Below, in pieces: positions 36,711 to 46,755 of a stretch of 64,000 nucleotides of DNA. Location of the stretch: the NCBI GenBank assembly GCA_964561085.1, contig CAZLNP010000001.1:75335-139334 (forward strand). The letters are read 5' to 3'. Position 1 is the first letter of the stretch; each line of letters starts with the position of its first letter. This DNA is from an uncultured Candidatus Saccharibacteria bacterium (lineage in GTDB: Bacteria > Patescibacteriota > Doudnabacteria > UBA920). Under the pieces are notes generated by a model that saw only the letters and a program-made list of their open reading frames with translations, was not told the DNA's origin and searched no databases. The position numbers and the translations under genes are program-made.

Positions 36711-38147
36711 ATGTTTGTTAACAACTCACCCTGGCTAAAACAATTAAATAGAACCAGACCCGTTACAGCGCTCGATGGAGATCATCATGCTGACGTGGCA
36801 ATAATCGGCGGCGGAATTGCAGGTATATCCACCGCCTTTTATGCTTTAAAAAATACCAACAAGCACGTAATTCTTGTAGAGGCAGGGAAAATTGCGCATG
36901 GCGCTACCGGACACAATGGCGGCTTTTTAGCTACTTATTTTGAAAGAAGTTTTTCAAGTCTTATTTCCGAGTTTGGAATCAAGAAAGCATCCGAGGGCCA
37001 GCAAGCAATTGAGTCCACGTGGACTTTACTAGATGAAATTCGTGAAGAGGCCCAAATCCAAACCCCAATTTGGCAATTCACGGGTTACGCTGCTTGTGCC
37101 AACATAGACGAAGTCCTAGTGCACCTAAGAAATAATGCACTAAGAGTTAAAGCTGGGCTCCCTACTACTTTGCTTATGGTTTCTGACGAAGCAAAAGACC
37201 TAAACAGTATTCCAGATATGTACAAAGAACTCTACACAGCTCTACCGAAAGCAGATATTCTTTCCTTGTTAGAAACAACTGATGAAGAGTACATTGCTAT
37301 CTTGCCAGAACGTAAAGGCTGTATGAACAGTGCTTTATTTTGTGAGGAGCTGATCGGTTATTTGCTTGCCGAGTATCCCGAAAGATTCACTCTTGCCGAA
37401 AACACACCCGTGCGACGCCTTGTCCTTAAAGATAGCTACGCGGTCTTAGACATATCCAAAACAAAAAAAGTCACCGCTAAAGAAGTAGTGCTTTGCACCA
37501 ATGGTTTTGAGAATATCAATATAGTTAATACTCCAGGGAAAGCAATTAATGCTAAGTTTCATCAGCTAGTTCGCGGCATAGTTGGATACATGGCCGGTTA
37601 TACAGAAGAGCTTAACAAGCCCCCAGCAGAAATTAGCTATCTACCCAAGAAGTCTAATCACAGCAGCGATATTTACGAAGAAGATCCGTACTTTTACCTC
37701 ACCCGAAGGCCTTTTGAAACCGAGACCAAGGAAACCCATAACCTAATTTGTATTGGTGGGCCTGAGGCTTTAATGGATGATACTAACAATTACAACCAAG
37801 AACATCTTTACCCAGATGAAGCTCGTTCAGAAATAGATAACTTCCTCCGCTACACTTACAAACACAGTCCCAAAGATAAAATTGAGTACAAGTTTCTATG
37901 GCATGGCCTTATGGGATTCACACCCAATGGTATTAGATTAATTGGCCCTGAGCCCAACAACCCAATTCTGTACTATAATTTGGGATGCAATGGCGTTGGC
38001 TTACTTCCTTCCATTTATGGAGGGCAAAGGATCTCTTGGTTTTTGTCAGGGAAAAAAGTTGAGCCATCAATTTTTGATCCGAAGGGAGACACTAAACAAG
38101 TCATCCCAAAGAAGCACATTCGCAAACGCTTAAACTTAAAAAAATAG
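36711..38147 (+). CDS. FAD-dependent oxidoreductase (DAO/glycine oxidase-like)
   Basis: IIGGGIAG, GATGHNGG, WHGLMGFT, GCNGVG. Confidence 0.9.
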   Translation: MFVNNSPWLKQLNRTRPVTALDGDHHADVAIIGGGIAGISTAFYALKNTNKHVILVEAGKIAHGATGHNGGFLATYFERSFSSLISEFGIKKASEGQQAIESTWTLLDEIREEAQIQTPIWQFTGYAACANIDEVLVHLRNNALRVKAGLPTTLLMVSDEAKDLNSIPDMYKELYTALPKADILSLLETTDEEYIAILPERKGCMNSALFCEELIGYLLAEYPERFTLAENTPVRRLVLKDSYAVLDISKTKKVTAKEVVLCTNGFENINIVNTPGKAINAKFHQLVRGIVGYMAGYTEELNKPPAEISYLPKKSNHSSDIYEEDPYFYLTRRPFETETKETHNLICIGGPEALMDDTNNYNQEHLYPDEARSEIDNFLRYTYKHSPKDKIEYKFLWHGLMGFTPNGIRLIGPEPNNPILYYNLGCNGVGLLPSIYGGQRISWFLSGKKVEPSIFDPKGDTKQVIPKKHIRKRLNLKK

Positions 38148-38169
38148 CGCGTTAACGAACTAAGTACCT

Positions 38170-38370
38170 CTACTTATGTTCTATAATGTCGCCAGGCTGG
38201 CAGTTTAATGCCTTACAGATTGCAGCCAAGGTTGAAAAACGGATAGCTTTAGCTTTACCGTTTTTTAATATAGATATATTAGCCATCGTAATCCCTACTT
38301 TCTCTGCCAATTCCGTCACACTCATCTTTCTCTTCGCTAACATTACATCAATATTTATTATTATTGCCAT
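38170..38370 (-). CDS. XRE-family HTH regulator (YozG-like)
   Basis: MSVTELAEKVGITMANISILKNGKAKAIRFSTL...CQPGDI. Confidence 0.95.
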   Translation of the reverse strand: MAIIINIDVMLAKRKMSVTELAEKVGITMANISILKNGKAKAIRFSTLAAICKALNCQPGDIIEHK

Positions 38371-38371
38371 A

Positions 38372-38836
38372 TTAAACTGTTAAATCATTTTCTAATTTGA
38401 TATCTAAAACATTCTCTAACAACATTTGTAGCAGTGCCGCGAATACTGCAATCACTAATGGCGCCCCACTAAATGCCAGCCACATCAAGATCATTCCTGG
38501 AGCATCATCTTCTTGAGCTACTCTAAATATCCATGGCAAACACGCGACATATAGAACTGTCATTACCATTGCGCAATATTTAATTTTATCTAAAGCTTTA
38601 ACAGAATTAACAGAAAAAGCAGTGTTATTATTTATGTATCCCAAAAGTTTTATTCCCTGATATAGCGCTATATAGAATGGAATACATGTAAGGTACAACA
38701 ACACGAAGAATATTAGATCATTTTTGATGCCGTTAGTGATGATTTCGTAAGGCAGTGCGATACCTGCAATACCAAACACAGCCAAACCCATCACAATGAT
38801 GACTAATTCAAGAAATAAAGTAGAACCTTTTTTCAT
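38372..38836 (-). CDS. DUF2975 membrane protein (YoaS-like)
   Basis: MKKGSTLFL..., DDAPG, ends ENDLTV; paired with the YozG-like gene. Confidence 0.92.
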   Translation of the reverse strand: MKKGSTLFLELVIIVMGLAVFGIAGIALPYEIITNGIKNDLIFFVLLYLTCIPFYIALYQGIKLLGYINNNTAFSVNSVKALDKIKYCAMVMTVLYVACLPWIFRVAQEDDAPGMILMWLAFSGAPLVIAVFAALLQMLLENVLDIKLENDLTV

Positions 38837-38978
38837 AAAATTTAAATTAATTTTTGTTAAACTTATTGTATATAGACGTTTATTGTTTGTCAATATATTT
38901 TTATTGTTAAAAATATGCTAGTTACAGAGCCTTGCTACTTTCCCAAATAGGGCTACAATAAAAGTAGAAAGGATATTT

Positions 38979-39764
38979 ATGAAAAAGTTACTTGGTCTCG
39001 TCATCGCTATATCTGTTATTATTTCCCCATTAATTACACCTATTTCTAAGGTAGAAGCTTACACTCCTCCTAAAATAGAAGTGGATGCACTGGGTCGCAG
39101 CCAGTTCCGCATTAGCATTACTAATGCCCCAAGCTACAGCACAGTTGACCTGTATTACCACCAGTCCGATTCAGAACTTTGGAATGGTACATTAGATATT
39201 GGGACCACAGACAGAAATGGGCGTTTTACTACCACTCGAACTTTTAACTCCTTTTCTCCGCAACTCGATTGGTTCTGGTACGCTAAAGTTGGTGGATACA
39301 ACACACCATCAATCTCAACAAATTCCCGCTCTACTTCCGACAAAACATACTACCCAGATAGGCCAGGTAGAGTCCGTGCTAATACCACTTTCAAGAGCGG
39401 TGCACTTGTCTTAGATAATGGCACGGTTTACTTAATTTATCGGGACCAAAAAATTGGATTCTCTAACGAACGCGTTTTCTTAGATCTTGGATATCAATGG
39501 AGTGACGTAGTTTACGGAAACACCTCTTACTTACCACACATCTATACAGTCACAAGTGGCACATATTCTCACCCATGGGGTAGTTGGGTAAAATCTGGTA
39601 ACACCATCTACTTCGTTCACGAGGACGGCTTAATTCCAGTCCCTTCTGACAGCATCTTCAAGAATAATGGCGGAGAATCCAAACTAACTGTACCGATGAA
39701 CTACTATGATAGACAGTTAGATACACTCTCCAAAATGAAAAATAACGACTCTCGCCTGAAATAA
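38979..39764 (+). CDS. Secreted protein with CPR-type C-terminal repeats
   Basis: Signal peptide; GALVLDNGTVYLI...F..LGY.W and HPWGSWV..GNTIYFV repeats. Confidence 0.8.
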   Translation: MKKLLGLVIAISVIISPLITPISKVEAYTPPKIEVDALGRSQFRISITNAPSYSTVDLYYHQSDSELWNGTLDIGTTDRNGRFTTTRTFNSFSPQLDWFWYAKVGGYNTPSISTNSRSTSDKTYYPDRPGRVRANTTFKSGALVLDNGTVYLIYRDQKIGFSNERVFLDLGYQWSDVVYGNTSYLPHIYTVTSGTYSHPWGSWVKSGNTIYFVHEDGLIPVPSDSIFKNNGGESKLTVPMNYYDRQLDTLSKMKNNDSRLK

Positions 39765-39799
39765 AAATAAAATTTCATAGCTAGTGATATAATGAAGTT

Positions 39800-40828
39800 A
39801 TGAACATAACTCATTTTGAAGTGTCCGACGAAGACAAGAAGATTCTGCACTCTTTGTCATCAAACGTTGGGGGTCTCCAGCAAGATAAAATTGACTACAT
39901 CGAAGAAAACTTAAGCTCATCAACAATAAGTCGCGCTACCAAAGCAGAGGCAGTGACGGTCTTTGTTAATTCCATGGTTGATAAGTCCATAATTGACTCG
40001 CTGCCAAATTTAAAGCTCATCATCACTCGGTCTACAGGTTTCGATCACATCGATGTAGCCCACGCCCAATCCAAAGGAATTCTAGTTTGCAATATCCCCG
40101 CCTATGGCTCACGTACTGTAGCTGAGTTTACTTTTGCTTTAATCCTAACTCTGTCTCGCAAAGTATTTAGCGCGATTGAGCAGATTAAATTTAATAAAAG
40201 TTGGGATGTTTCGAATTTTGAAGGGTTTAATTTGCAGGGTAAAACCTTAGGGGTGGTTGGCACTGGGCGCATTGGTTTGAACGTCATACAAATAGCTAAA
40301 GGGTTCGATATGAAAATAATGGCCCACGATGCTTTTCCAAATGAAGATAAAGCTAAAGCTTATGGCTTTGAATACTCCAAATCACTAGAAGAATTGCTCG
40401 CGGCTTCTGACATTGTCACCTTACATGTGCCTGCGAACCCTGATACTCATCATCTAATTAATTTAGATAACATCTCGAAAGTGAAAAAGGGTTGCATGTT
40501 AATAAATACAGCGCGCGGTGATGTAATTGACCCAGCCGCACTAATCAAAGGTTTAAACGAAGGAATTTTGGGAGGTGCCGGACTGGACGTACTTGAAGGA
40601 GAACATGAACTAAAGGAAGAGGCTGAGTTAATGTCTTCGAATCATCTAAGTTTCGAGAAACTTAAAGTGCTCTTGGAAGATCACGAATTAATGGATCATC
40701 CAAAGGTTATTATTACCCCACACGTTGCGTTCAATACAAGAGAAGCTCGCACCGAAATTATGACCACCACTTTGACTAATCTATCTGGGTTCATGGCTAA
40801 CGAACCCCAAAATGTTATTACTATATAA
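39800..40828 (+). CDS. D-isomer-specific 2-hydroxyacid dehydrogenase
   Basis: TRSTGFDHID, GTGRIG, INTARG, LDVLEGE, TPHVAF. Confidence 0.95.
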   Translation: MNITHFEVSDEDKKILHSLSSNVGGLQQDKIDYIEENLSSSTISRATKAEAVTVFVNSMVDKSIIDSLPNLKLIITRSTGFDHIDVAHAQSKGILVCNIPAYGSRTVAEFTFALILTLSRKVFSAIEQIKFNKSWDVSNFEGFNLQGKTLGVVGTGRIGLNVIQIAKGFDMKIMAHDAFPNEDKAKAYGFEYSKSLEELLAASDIVTLHVPANPDTHHLINLDNISKVKKGCMLINTARGDVIDPAALIKGLNEGILGGAGLDVLEGEHELKEEAELMSSNHLSFEKLKVLLEDHELMDHPKVIITPHVAFNTREARTEIMTTTLTNLSGFMANEPQNVITI

Positions 40829-40830
40829 AA

Positions 40831-42105
40831 ATGAGTAAACAATGGATAAAAAATAGGTCTGAGCTACAAACCTCACCGGAAAGAAAAATAGTGTTAGATA
40901 TAATTGAGGCTGCTTACGACGCTATTGATACAAAAGAAATTATTAAGAAGAGCGTGAAGCTTGATGGCAAGACACTGACTGTCAAAGATAAGGTTTTCAA
41001 CCTGGAAGGGGTTGAGCATATCTATGTAATCGGTTTTGGGAAGGCATCTTGTCTAGCAGCTTCTGAATTAGACGGAATTTTAGGCTCTGTAATTAAAGAA
41101 GGAGTGGCAATTGGCCTCGCTCCGATTGCCTGCGACTACATACAAACTTATGGGGGCTCTCATCCATTACCTTCTGTTGCTAACGTGGAGTTCTCAGATA
41201 AGATTGTCCAGCTCAGTAGAGAAATTACTGAAAAAGATTTAGTAATAACAGTAGTTTCTGGAGGTGGATCTTCCCTACTATGCTGGCCAATGGATGAATG
41301 TAAACAAGCTAATAAACTATATGAAGAGTTCCTGAAAACTGGCGGCGACATCAGAGAATTAAACACTGTCCGCAAACACATTTCCATGCTTAAAGGTGGT
41401 GGCCTGGCTAAAGTTCTCTACCCTGCCACCGTAATTGGTTTAATTTTTTCTGACGTACCTGGTGATAATTATGAATACATTGCATCTGGGCCAACTTACA
41501 AAGACATAACCACTATTGCAGATGCTCAAGCAATCTTGGACAAGTATGGACTTACGGGCTACACGCTTAACGAAACTCCGAACGAAGATGTCTATTTTGA
41601 AAAGGTTACTAACATACCGTTAGTTTCTAACATTGAAGCCCTTGAAGCGATGAAAAGTAAAGTAAAGAGTCTAGGGTTAAAAGCAGAAATTCTATCTTCG
41701 GAACTTTATGGGGCACCAGAGCAAATTGTAAAAAAGTTTATCAAGGAGATCGAGCCTGGATGTGTTGTATTAGGTGGTGGTGAACCACAGGCGATAGTTC
41801 CTGATTCAGGAGGAACTGGCGGTCGTTGTCAGCGACTAGGCATTGAAATGCTCTCCGTCTTAAAGAAGACCGATGTGTTTGCCAGCATAGCCTCAGACGG
41901 TTTAGATAACAGTAATGCTGCAGGCGTCATAGAAGATTGGGATACTTTACAGATGGTTCAATCCAAAGCGATCGATATAGAAGATTACAAAAACCGGTGG
42001 GACAGCCTTGGATTCTACAAACAGACTGGAAATGAACTTTTAGAAACAGGGCCAACGCAAGCCAACGTTTCTGATCTGATGATTTTATATAGAAATAGAG
42101 GCTAA
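40831..42105 (+). CDS. Glycerate 2-kinase (MOFRL/DUF4147 family)
   Basis: GFGKAS, HPLP, SGGGSSL, NTVRKHISMLKGGGLA, SDVPGD, IASGP, GGE, TGPTQANVSD. Confidence 0.93.
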   Translation: MSKQWIKNRSELQTSPERKIVLDIIEAAYDAIDTKEIIKKSVKLDGKTLTVKDKVFNLEGVEHIYVIGFGKASCLAASELDGILGSVIKEGVAIGLAPIACDYIQTYGGSHPLPSVANVEFSDKIVQLSREITEKDLVITVVSGGGSSLLCWPMDECKQANKLYEEFLKTGGDIRELNTVRKHISMLKGGGLAKVLYPATVIGLIFSDVPGDNYEYIASGPTYKDITTIADAQAILDKYGLTGYTLNETPNEDVYFEKVTNIPLVSNIEALEAMKSKVKSLGLKAEILSSELYGAPEQIVKKFIKEIEPGCVVLGGGEPQAIVPDSGGTGGRCQRLGIEMLSVLKKTDVFASIASDGLDNSNAAGVIEDWDTLQMVQSKAIDIEDYKNRWDSLGFYKQTGNELLETGPTQANVSDLMILYRNRG

Positions 42106-42151
42106 GTCTTGTGGGACTTAGCCTTTTAAATAAACTCTTTAGCGAAACTTA

Positions 42152-42949
42152 TTAGTTAGCTAGAGTTCTCAAGTCTCTGACGATTAAGTCTGAGATTTCT
42201 GGTAGTTGTTTTTTCATTACCTCAATACGTTTTTCAATTTGCCTAAAGAATCCCTCAGCCACATCGCTTTTCTTAAGAAGAAGCTCAGCAAATAGTTTAA
42301 TGTCACCATTCCCAGAGCCGACCGGTTGCCATGCAAACTTGGCCAACTTCGATACCTTTTCTCTCTTTCGTTTGCTGTCGCCGATTAATTCCAAGCACTT
42401 GTTCTGATAGAACGTAAGGTGTCTAAGCTCTTCGCTCTGTATTAAACTAATGATCTTTCTCAACTCAGGGTCAGAAGTGTGTTGCATATATGCCCAATAC
42501 CCGGCTTTAGCTGTAACTTCATTGAACAATCCCACCAGCATATGAACAGCCGGAGATGAATACCAATACCACCATGACGCAAGAATCATACGCCAAGTGC
42601 GTAATAAGTATTTCCAATCCACATTTTGATTTGTTAGTGGTTCAAAAATGTGTCCGTGAACACGTAAGTATTCTTGAATGGCCACCCCGTGACGAGTTTC
42701 CTCATACTCCCAAGCTCTGCTAAACTCGCGGATGTCAGCATCCATGTATGATGGCATTTTGCTGATTTCTTTAGCATATTGAACCATTACCATCAGTTCA
42801 ATTTTCCGAAAATATAATAGCATAGAGACTTCATCTTCCGACAAAGGTGGCTTGCTACCCGTCGCTTGTAATTTTAGCTTTTGTATTTGTGCGTCTAATG
42901 CTGCAGTGTTCCGAGTATTCCTAAACTCCATTATTGCTGCTCTACTCAT
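42152..42949 (-). CDS. Ferritin-like di-iron protein (acyl-ACP desaturase-like fold)
   Basis: Paired ExxH motifs WEYEETRH and EELRH. Confidence 0.75.
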   Translation of the reverse strand: MSRAAIMEFRNTRNTAALDAQIQKLKLQATGSKPPLSEDEVSMLLYFRKIELMVMVQYAKEISKMPSYMDADIREFSRAWEYEETRHGVAIQEYLRVHGHIFEPLTNQNVDWKYLLRTWRMILASWWYWYSSPAVHMLVGLFNEVTAKAGYWAYMQHTSDPELRKIISLIQSEELRHLTFYQNKCLELIGDSKRKREKVSKLAKFAWQPVGSGNGDIKLFAELLLKKSDVAEGFFRQIEKRIEVMKKQLPEISDLIVRDLRTLAN

Positions 42950-43057
42950 TTTGTAATGTCCTCCGATATGATTTACTTACAATAGTACTAATACTACCTA
43001 AGACATAAAAACCGCCGAGTGACGGTTTTTATATTCTAGATACTAAACGCTTCTAAA

Positions 43058-43660
43058 CTATTTAGGCATCAAAACTGAGTCAATCACGAATGTCACACCG
43101 TTCTTGGAAATAACATCTTGAGTTTGAACCATTGTTGTACCATTAACAGTGATTACACCATTCTTATTACCAATAAGTAGTGTTTGGCCTTGGACTGACT
43201 TAAGAGTCATGCCATCTTTTAGATCCTTAGCTAAATAGCGACCCGCTACCACGTGATAAGTAAGAATCTTAGTAAGCATTTCTTTGCTTTCAGGCTTCAC
43301 TAAAGTTTCCACTGTCCCAGCTGGAAGCTTTGCGAAGGCATCGTTAGTAGGTGCGAATACTGTAAAAGGACCTTCTCCCTTTAAAGTTTCAACTAATCCT
43401 GCTGCTTTAACAGCAGTCACTAAAGTAGTGACGTTGCTAGCATTGGACGCGTTGTCTACAATATCCTTTGACGGTACCATCATTGCTCCACCGACTTCTA
43501 CGCCAGCTTCGTTCATCATGGAATCGTTAGTTGCTGTAGCATCATTTTTAACCATGGCCTCATCTTTCATCATGGAGTCCTGGTTATCTGCTTTGTTGCC
43601 ACAACCAGCGGCCAAAAGTGATAGCGCTACAATAGGGACAAGAATGTATCTTGCTTTCAT
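43058..43660 (-). CDS. Fasciclin (FAS1) domain lipoprotein
   Basis: Lipobox LAAGC; GPFTVFAPTNDAF, ILTYHVV, NGV..VIDSVL. Confidence 0.95.
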   Translation of the reverse strand: MKARYILVPIVALSLLAAGCGNKADNQDSMMKDEAMVKNDATATNDSMMNEAGVEVGGAMMVPSKDIVDNASNASNVTTLVTAVKAAGLVETLKGEGPFTVFAPTNDAFAKLPAGTVETLVKPESKEMLTKILTYHVVAGRYLAKDLKDGMTLKSVQGQTLLIGNKNGVITVNGTTMVQTQDVISKNGVTFVIDSVLMPK

Positions 43661-43695
43661 AATTTATGTTCCTTTTCTCTAATTAATTTATTAGA

Positions 43696-43720
43696 TAATA
43701 CTTAACTAAGTTAAGTATTA
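43696..43720. promoter_or_regulatory. Palindromic operator (MarR candidate) upstream of fasciclin gene
   Basis: TAATACTTAAC-taa-GTTAAGTATTA. Confidence 0.7.
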
Positions 43721-43769
43721 TACATATTCATTATAATGTCAAGGAATGAATAAACTATGATATTTACTG

Positions 43770-44252
43770 CTATTTACTATGTTTCTCGGAGTAATCCACA
43801 ATCCCCTCTAGGACCTTAATGTACCCAATTGCATCTGGTAACGAAATTCCTGCGGATATCTTCTCCATCTCCTTAGTTAAATTCGCTTCCATTTGTTTTA
43901 CGAAAGCTTTCCCCTCTTTGCTTAAATGAATTATTTTTGCGCGCTTGTCTGTAGGGTCTGGAGATACTATGACAAAGCCTCTTTTCTTAAGTTTATTGAT
44001 AACTACTGTAATAAAAGGCTGTTCCACTCCCATTATTTCAGAAAGGAGTAAAGCACGTAATCCAGCAGAGTGATCGTTAATTGTTCCTAGTGCTACCCAA
44101 TCGGAATTAGATATATCTAAGCGGTTTAGCAAATCAGAAGTAGTTCCCATCAAAGCTTTATAGGCTTTTGTCTGTAAAAGACCAATGTGGTAAGTATTTG
44201 TAATTCCGGATTTATTCTTTTGGCTCTTCAAAAATGACAATATAGTTTTCAT
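43770..44252 (-). CDS. MarR-family regulator
   Basis: INKLKKRGFV...DPTDKRAKIIHLS.EG wHTH motif. Confidence 0.92.
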   Translation of the reverse strand: MKTILSFLKSQKNKSGITNTYHIGLLQTKAYKALMGTTSDLLNRLDISNSDWVALGTINDHSAGLRALLLSEIMGVEQPFITVVINKLKKRGFVIVSPDPTDKRAKIIHLSKEGKAFVKQMEANLTKEMEKISAGISLPDAIGYIKVLEGIVDYSEKHSK

Positions 44253-44283
44253 TAGTTTACATTCTTAAGAATCTATTATATAA

Positions 44284-44302
44284 TACTTAAGCTACTTAAG
44301 TA
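44284..44302. promoter_or_regulatory. Second copy of operator between marR and dipZ
   Basis: TACTTAAG-cta-CTTAAGTA. Confidence 0.7.
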
Positions 44303-44324
44303 AAGTTATTAATTACTAATTTTT

Positions 44325-45947
44325 ATGATCGAACTTTTATTTGCTGTCATAGCAGGCGTTCTGACTGTAGGGGCTCCATGTATTTTACCCATGCTTCCTA
44401 TTCTACTAGGAACAACTGTTGGCCAACAAAGTAAGTGGCGCCCTGCGTTCATTGCCTTAGGGTTTATCATTGCTTTCTCTATTGTAGCATTTTTATTCGG
44501 ATTATTTACTAATATTTTAGGTCTATCCCCTCAGGTCCTACGTACGGTCGCCGTTGTAATGCTGGCCATTTTCGGGGTATTCATGGTTTGGCCTACTCCT
44601 TTTGAAAAACTTACTACTTACTTAACCGGTTTCATAAATGGAGCAAATCGCCTAAGTCAGAAAGCTGGTAACGGAAACCTTGGCGCTTTGGTTCTCGGTC
44701 TGATGCTTGGAGTAATTTGGACCCCTTGTGCAGGGCCAGTGCTTGGTAGCATCTTAACATTAATAGCAACAAAACAAGACATAGTAAAAGCTGGACTTCT
44801 TTTGCTTGCTTACGCAATCGGCGCCGGTATTCCCCTTCTACTTGTTGGATACGGTGGCCAGTACGTCACTACTAAAGTTCGCTTCTTTGCTCAATATGCT
44901 CGCCGTATTCAGCAAGGGTTTGGTATTTTAATTCTACTTTTAGCTGGAGCGATATACTTCCAATACGATACAGTTATTCAAGCAAAGATTTTGCAGTATG
45001 TTCCAGTTCCAAATATAGAATTACCTGGCAGCGAAAAAGAACAAAGAGAAAGTGGTATTGGGCAGTATGGCGCCGCGCCTGAATTTACAGGAATAACAAA
45101 GTGGTTAAACGGTGATGAACAAAAGATTGCTGATTTAAAGGGTAAAGTAGTCTTAATAGATTTCTGGACTTACTCTTGTATTAACTGTGTCCGAACTTTA
45201 CCAAATGTTACTGCATGGTACGACAAATATAAGAATGACGGGCTAGTAGTAATCGGCGTTCATACTCCTGAATTTGCTTTTGAAAGGGAGACCAGTAATG
45301 TTGAGAGGGCAATTGATCGTTTTAACATTAACTACCCTGTCGCCCAAGATAATGACTATGCCACATGGAATGCTTACTCAAACAATGCTTGGCCAGCAAG
45401 CTACCTAATAGATAAAGAAGGTAATATTGTTTACAAGCATTTTGGTGAAGGTAACTATGATGTGACGGAGAACAATATCCGTAAATTGCTTGGCCTTGAA
45501 GGCGGTACTGAAACGAAAGTTGAACTTCCCAACTTTAGAGCCATTCAAACACCAGAAATTTACTTTGGATTAAGTCGCCAAGAATACATTGCTAACAACG
45601 AACGCATTAGTGGAGACGCCCAACAACTAGAGCTACCAGCTGAAATTCCAAGCAATCAATTCGCTGTATCAGGTAATTGGAAATTTAATGCTGAGTCAGC
45701 GAAGCTAGTTAGCGGTCCCGGCAAAATCAAACTGCAGTTCAATGCGAGTAAGGTTTACATGGTTGCCCAATCTGTGGCATCACCCGTAACTCTGCGTATT
45801 CTGGTAGACGAGCAGTTTGTAAAAGAAATTACTGTGTCTGGATCTGATATATACACCCTGTTCGAGTCCGAAGAATATAAAGATCGCACTCTGGAAATAG
45901 AAATCCCACCAAGTGATTTTGAAGCCTTTACGTTCACATTCGGATAA
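44325..45947 (+). CDS. dipZ: DipZ-type CcdA-thioredoxin fusion
   Basis: PCILP and WTPCAGPVL (CcdA), DFWTYSCINC thioredoxin, GVHTPEF, TPEIYFG, ends AFTFTFG. Confidence 0.93.
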   Translation: MIELLFAVIAGVLTVGAPCILPMLPILLGTTVGQQSKWRPAFIALGFIIAFSIVAFLFGLFTNILGLSPQVLRTVAVVMLAIFGVFMVWPTPFEKLTTYLTGFINGANRLSQKAGNGNLGALVLGLMLGVIWTPCAGPVLGSILTLIATKQDIVKAGLLLLAYAIGAGIPLLLVGYGGQYVTTKVRFFAQYARRIQQGFGILILLLAGAIYFQYDTVIQAKILQYVPVPNIELPGSEKEQRESGIGQYGAAPEFTGITKWLNGDEQKIADLKGKVVLIDFWTYSCINCVRTLPNVTAWYDKYKNDGLVVIGVHTPEFAFERETSNVERAIDRFNINYPVAQDNDYATWNAYSNNAWPASYLIDKEGNIVYKHFGEGNYDVTENNIRKLLGLEGGTETKVELPNFRAIQTPEIYFGLSRQEYIANNERISGDAQQLELPAEIPSNQFAVSGNWKFNAESAKLVSGPGKIKLQFNASKVYMVAQSVASPVTLRILVDEQFVKEITVSGSDIYTLFESEEYKDRTLEIEIPPSDFEAFTFTFG

Positions 45948-46004
45948 AACAAAAACCCGCTCAAGCGCTAAGCCTGAGCGGGTAAACTGATTGCTATCTA
46001 AAGT

Positions 46005-46079
46005 CTAGGCATTAGTAGCAGGAGGTGTTTCAGTTGTTTTCTTTTCTTCTTCGTCGTTGTTGTTTAATTTTGCTTTCAT
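46005..46079 (-). CDS. Putative 24-aa peptide
   Basis: MKAKLNNNDEEEKKTTETPPATNA*; GAAAGGT SD; hairpin at 45951-45983 has its T tract on this strand. Confidence 0.35.
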   Translation of the reverse strand: MKAKLNNNDEEEKKTTETPPATNA

Positions 46080-46159
46080 CTTTTTACCTTTCTCTGTGTG
46101 TACAGAATTAATTGATGACATATACACCATACTATTCTGAGATGAGGTAAAGATGTTTT

Positions 46160-46669
46160 TTATTTCGTTGCTTTCTTTTTCCCTTCTATGAAAGTTATCT
46201 CTGAGTCAGTATCTCTTACGGTAGTATCAGGAAAAACTTCTCGGGGGTACTTCTGAAATACGATGTATCCTTCTAAATACTGAAGGAAGTCATATCGTTT
46301 GGGCATGAATTGAAAATGGTAGGCAAAGAAGTGCCTTATTGGGTCGTACTCTGGGGTGTACTCATAATGCCCACGAATCTCACCATCGCTAAATACTCTT
46401 AAATGATATTGCTCTTCAAAGGAAGAAAGCTTTCGCCAAGACAATATTTGCCCAGTATCTTCCCAAGCGATGAAATGGTTACCAAATCCCCATTTTGTGC
46501 TTAAATGTCGCTTTAATTGCGGTAAAGATTTATCTGGATGAAGCCAACCAATATGATACGGCTGTCTGCGCTTCTCATGAAAAGGCAAAGCTAAATGCTC
46601 CAACTTCTTAAAACTTGGATAAATAAACCGCCAAAATTTTTGTTTTAGTTTCTGAACCGTTGTCATCAT
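46160..46669 (-). CDS. Hypothetical protein (169 aa)
   Basis: QYHLRVFSDGEIRGHYEYTPE segment; no named family recognised. Confidence 0.7.
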   Translation of the reverse strand: MMTTVQKLKQKFWRFIYPSFKKLEHLALPFHEKRRQPYHIGWLHPDKSLPQLKRHLSTKWGFGNHFIAWEDTGQILSWRKLSSFEEQYHLRVFSDGEIRGHYEYTPEYDPIRHFFAYHFQFMPKRYDFLQYLEGYIVFQKYPREVFPDTTVRDTDSEITFIEGKKKATK

Positions 46670-46755
46670 ATATATTATACCAAAACTTTAAAGAAATTGG
46701 GGAAATTATTTTTTAAATCATATCTTTATCATGTAGGGTCAGGTATACTTAAAGT

